The notes under the pieces: model-generated
Told to the model about the DNA's origin: nothing
What the model saw: only the letters and a program-made list of their open reading frames with translations
Database searches by the model: none
Assembly (NCBI GenBank): GCA_001687465.1
Contig: LVLI01000095.1
Location: 62,001 to 101,194, forward strand
Source: Halocafeteria seosinensis
Lineage: Eukaryota
Direction of reading: 5' to 3'
Length of the DNA: 39,194 bases
Shown here: positions 36,480 to 39,194 of the stretch, in pieces
How the letters are laid out: every line of letters starts with the position of its first letter
Position numbering within the stretch: the stretch's first letter is position 1
Translations under genes and position numbers: made by a program

Positions 36480-38641
36480 CTACTGTGCTTCACCTAGCCA
36501 TTGGCAAAACATATAGTCGAGCTTGTCATACCGCTGTTTGATCTTTTCTTCAACCGATTCATTTTCGGTACTAGAGATTGCTCGATCTAACACAAAGTCA
36601 CGCATCTCAGTTAAACATTTGCGGAACAGCGGGCTGACATGGTGCAACTTGTATTCAAAGTAACTTTGTTCACGGCAAAAGAGGGCGCACTTCATTGCAT
36701 ACATATCCGAGCACGAGTAGTGCTTTCCGACCGAACCCTCCCAGGGTAAACGTTCACTATCACGTGCAAAGTGGAGCATACAGTAAAACAAACTCTCCCA
36801 ATCGTCCTCGATCTCCTGCTCCTCTGTGGTGACCTCGTTGCTCCTGCGTTGTTGCAGCATGCAGGAATGTAGCTTACGGGAGAAGTACGGCCATTTTCCC
36901 GACAGTCCTCCAGAGTTTCCAGCAATCAAGGACGCATCAAAATCAATCAGATAGCCCTCGGTTCCATCGGCTCCATCATATTGTATCATATTATGCGGGG
37001 AAACATCCCCATGCAGGACTTTTGCGTTGAACGACGCATACAGCGCCCGATGTACATCTCGCAAACAACCCAAGATAACATGTTCCTCTAATTCCCGCGT
37101 TATTCTCTCCCCAAATGGGAAGATCCCCAGAACCGGAACCTCTGAGCCATCTACCTCCATGGTACCTTTGAAAACCGGGCGTACAACATGTTTAACGTCC
37201 GCCTTCGCGAGCTCAGTTAACGTCGTATACTCATGGTCCCTGTGATCTGCACCCTTTGGGAATGCTTTCACGGCAATCACATACTGGGTATTGGGATCGG
37301 ACCTCTCGACGCGCCACACCATCTGCTTGTTATCTCTATACGCCTTCGGTACAACAGTAATCTTCCCCTCATTATTCAAATCGTAGTCCACCGTTTTCTC
37401 CTCCACAATAAGCGAGTTCCACGCTATAGTCGACGGTATACCTCCATGCTCCGCGTGCGTCCAATTCAAGAGACATAGTAGCAACTTTAGTCCCCCTTTA
37501 TCCGAACCAACTGTCCAGCTGCACACATGAGGTTGTATGTAGATGCGCCTTTCAGTTTCAGTTTGATGCAACACCAACAGTCTATTCTTCAGAAACCCCA
37601 GAAACGTGAACCGTTTTCGGCCACATTGATCCTTCTGCACAGTGGATATTCTCCGAAGAAGTTGGCCCACGAGTTCCTTCTCGGCAGACCCAGTTGCTGT
37701 TTTTTTGACCTCCACTGATGCCGTCATGGACGCTTGAGAAAATGCTTGACTACAGCTCAGGCAGCAATCATGCTTGTCATCTGAACCTTTATTGTACCTA
37801 AAGAGAACATGCAAGGGAGAACCAAGAAGCTTCGTAAGCGTATGTAGTCTTAACATATAATTCTGTGCCAAAGGATCTTCATACTCAACATCTATGTTCT
37901 CAACAGCTTGTCCGTAAAGTGTGTTGGCCTTATCCAGACTCGGTGGACACATGTACGCCTTATGATCTTGGACAGCTTCCCAAACCACTTCCCGATGCAT
38001 GCCTTGTGTTACCATATTCGAAATCCACTCAACAGTCCAATCGAATACTGCGTTAGGAAGTGTCTCCCTGTTCTGTTGCGCGGATGTGGGGTTGCACTTA
38101 GCGGGATGGTTTTCTCGCTCCTTTACGAATGCGTCGTAGCACTCCCTCAAAGTCTTATTAACTGTATACACGAGCTTGTCCAATTCATCCTCATCCATAC
38201 GAATAGTCGCTGTCCAAGCCATCAAGAGCTTAGCGCCTTCATTTTGCTCCACATTGGCTAAAAACTCTTCCCCCACGTCCGTGTCAGTTTTCTTTCCGGG
38301 AATATTACTGGTCGAATATGACTGAGCGACTTCCATTCGCTTTAATCTTTCGTTGATCTTCTCCAATTTCCGTTCTAAGTCGGCTGCGAAGCAAATAGGT
38401 GGCTACTATAACCCACTGGCATTTTGGCAAGGCAAACCGCGTTAACACGCACCAATATTCGAAGAGCTTGCCGTCGCTCTCTCTCCTGCAATGTCACAAA
38501 CAGTAAATCAACGCACATTTCATAAATTTTATTTCTCCCATCGCATAGCAGTGCACACACTACATAGCCCATGCTAAGCAGAGCTCTTTCGTCCGCCAAC
38601 ATACGCGTGCCGAAGAGAGGGCGTTTGTTGTACCCTGACAT
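36480..38641 (-). CDS. Restriction-endonuclease-like domain + FunK1-type protein kinase (Crinkler-like architecture), ~657 aa, 3 exons
   Basis: Predicted exons 38641-38605, 38485-38453 and 38383-36480 are in frame (MSGYNKRPLFGT-R-ERATASSSNI-A-DLERKLEK...). REase-like: KHD...SVEVKK...LVGQLLRRI. Kinase: IAVKAF, HEYTTL, LHGDVSPHN, LIDFDAS, SGKWPYFS, DDWESLFY. Confidence 0.8.
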
Positions 38642-39194
38642 TTTTTGCTGAATTCCATAGCAGTCTGTCCCCAGCTTCCTAAGTCGTGCCAGCGGGGAAC
38701 AGCAATGAAGGGAGGAAGCATAGGGGACCCAAGGATGAATTGTTGTCGACGTGCAATCCAACTCTTCATTTGGTCTTTTATACGCGTATGTTGGCGGACG
38801 AAAGAGCTCTGCTTAGCATGGGCTATGTAGTGTGTGCACTGCTATGCGATGGGAGAAATAAAATTTATGAAATGTGCGTTGATTTACTGTTTGTGACATT
38901 GCAGGAGAGAGAGCGACGGCAAGCTCTTCGAATATTGGTGCGTGTTAACGCGGTTTGCCTTGCCAAAATGCCAGTGGGTTATAGTAGCCACCTATTTGCT
39001 TCGCAGCCGACTTAGAACGGAAATTGGAGAAGATCAACGAAAGATTAAGGCGAATGGAAGTCGCTCAGTCATATTCGACCAGTAATATTCCCGGAAAGAA
39101 AACTGACACGGACGTGGGGGAAGAGTTTTTAGCCAATGTGGAGCAAAATGAAGGCGCTAAGCTCTTGATGGCTTGGACAGCGACTATTCGTATG
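38196..39194. repeat. Long inverted repeat: arms 38196-38608 and 38782-39194 (at least 413 bp, cut by the window end), 173-bp spacer
   Basis: The right arm is the reverse complement of the left. One mismatch was found by eye (39049 G vs the complement of 38341 T). Confidence 0.95.
38782..39194 (+). other. Inverted partial copy of the kinase gene (intron 1, exon 2, intron 2, start of exon 3); lacks almost all of exon 1, including its ATG
   Basis: Reads ...DLERKLEKINERLRRMEVAQSYSTSNIPGKK... to the window end, with one K-to-R change relative to the left copy. Confidence 0.8.

Noticed and set aside
38375..39015. Twin ORFs ending in ...HLFASQPT (38375-38761 minus, 38686-39015 plus)
   Set aside because: They read through the predicted kinase introns and are duplicated only because of the inverted repeat.

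Overview
Compact eukaryotic (protist-like) genomic DNA with short GT-AG introns (about 59-119 nt) and the standard genetic code. Intron-rich genes at 1.2-3.1 kb and 17-31.7 kb encode a trimethyllysine dioxygenase-like enzyme, a divergent MSH2-like MutS, an RMI1/TDRD3-like OB-fold protein, a coiled-coil protein, a multi-pass membrane protein fused to a degenerate CE4/NodB domain, an RsuA-family pseudouridine synthase and an EH-PX-BAR sorting nexin; a partial triple-WW gene runs off the left edge. Two intron-poor accessory blocks lie between and after them. The first (4.3-17 kb) holds a ~2670-aa modular RI-type LRR gene, a degenerate ~150-210 bp repeat array and a decayed Mutator-like element carrying a Ulp1 protease, with short TTAGGG-type insertions. 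The second (32.5-39.2 kb) holds a 7-blade FG-GAP membrane protein, a GLUG-like relic and an REase-like + FunK1-type kinase gene whose 5' part is duplicated as a near-perfect fold-back inverted repeat at the window edge. All family calls come from manual motif recognition, not database searches.
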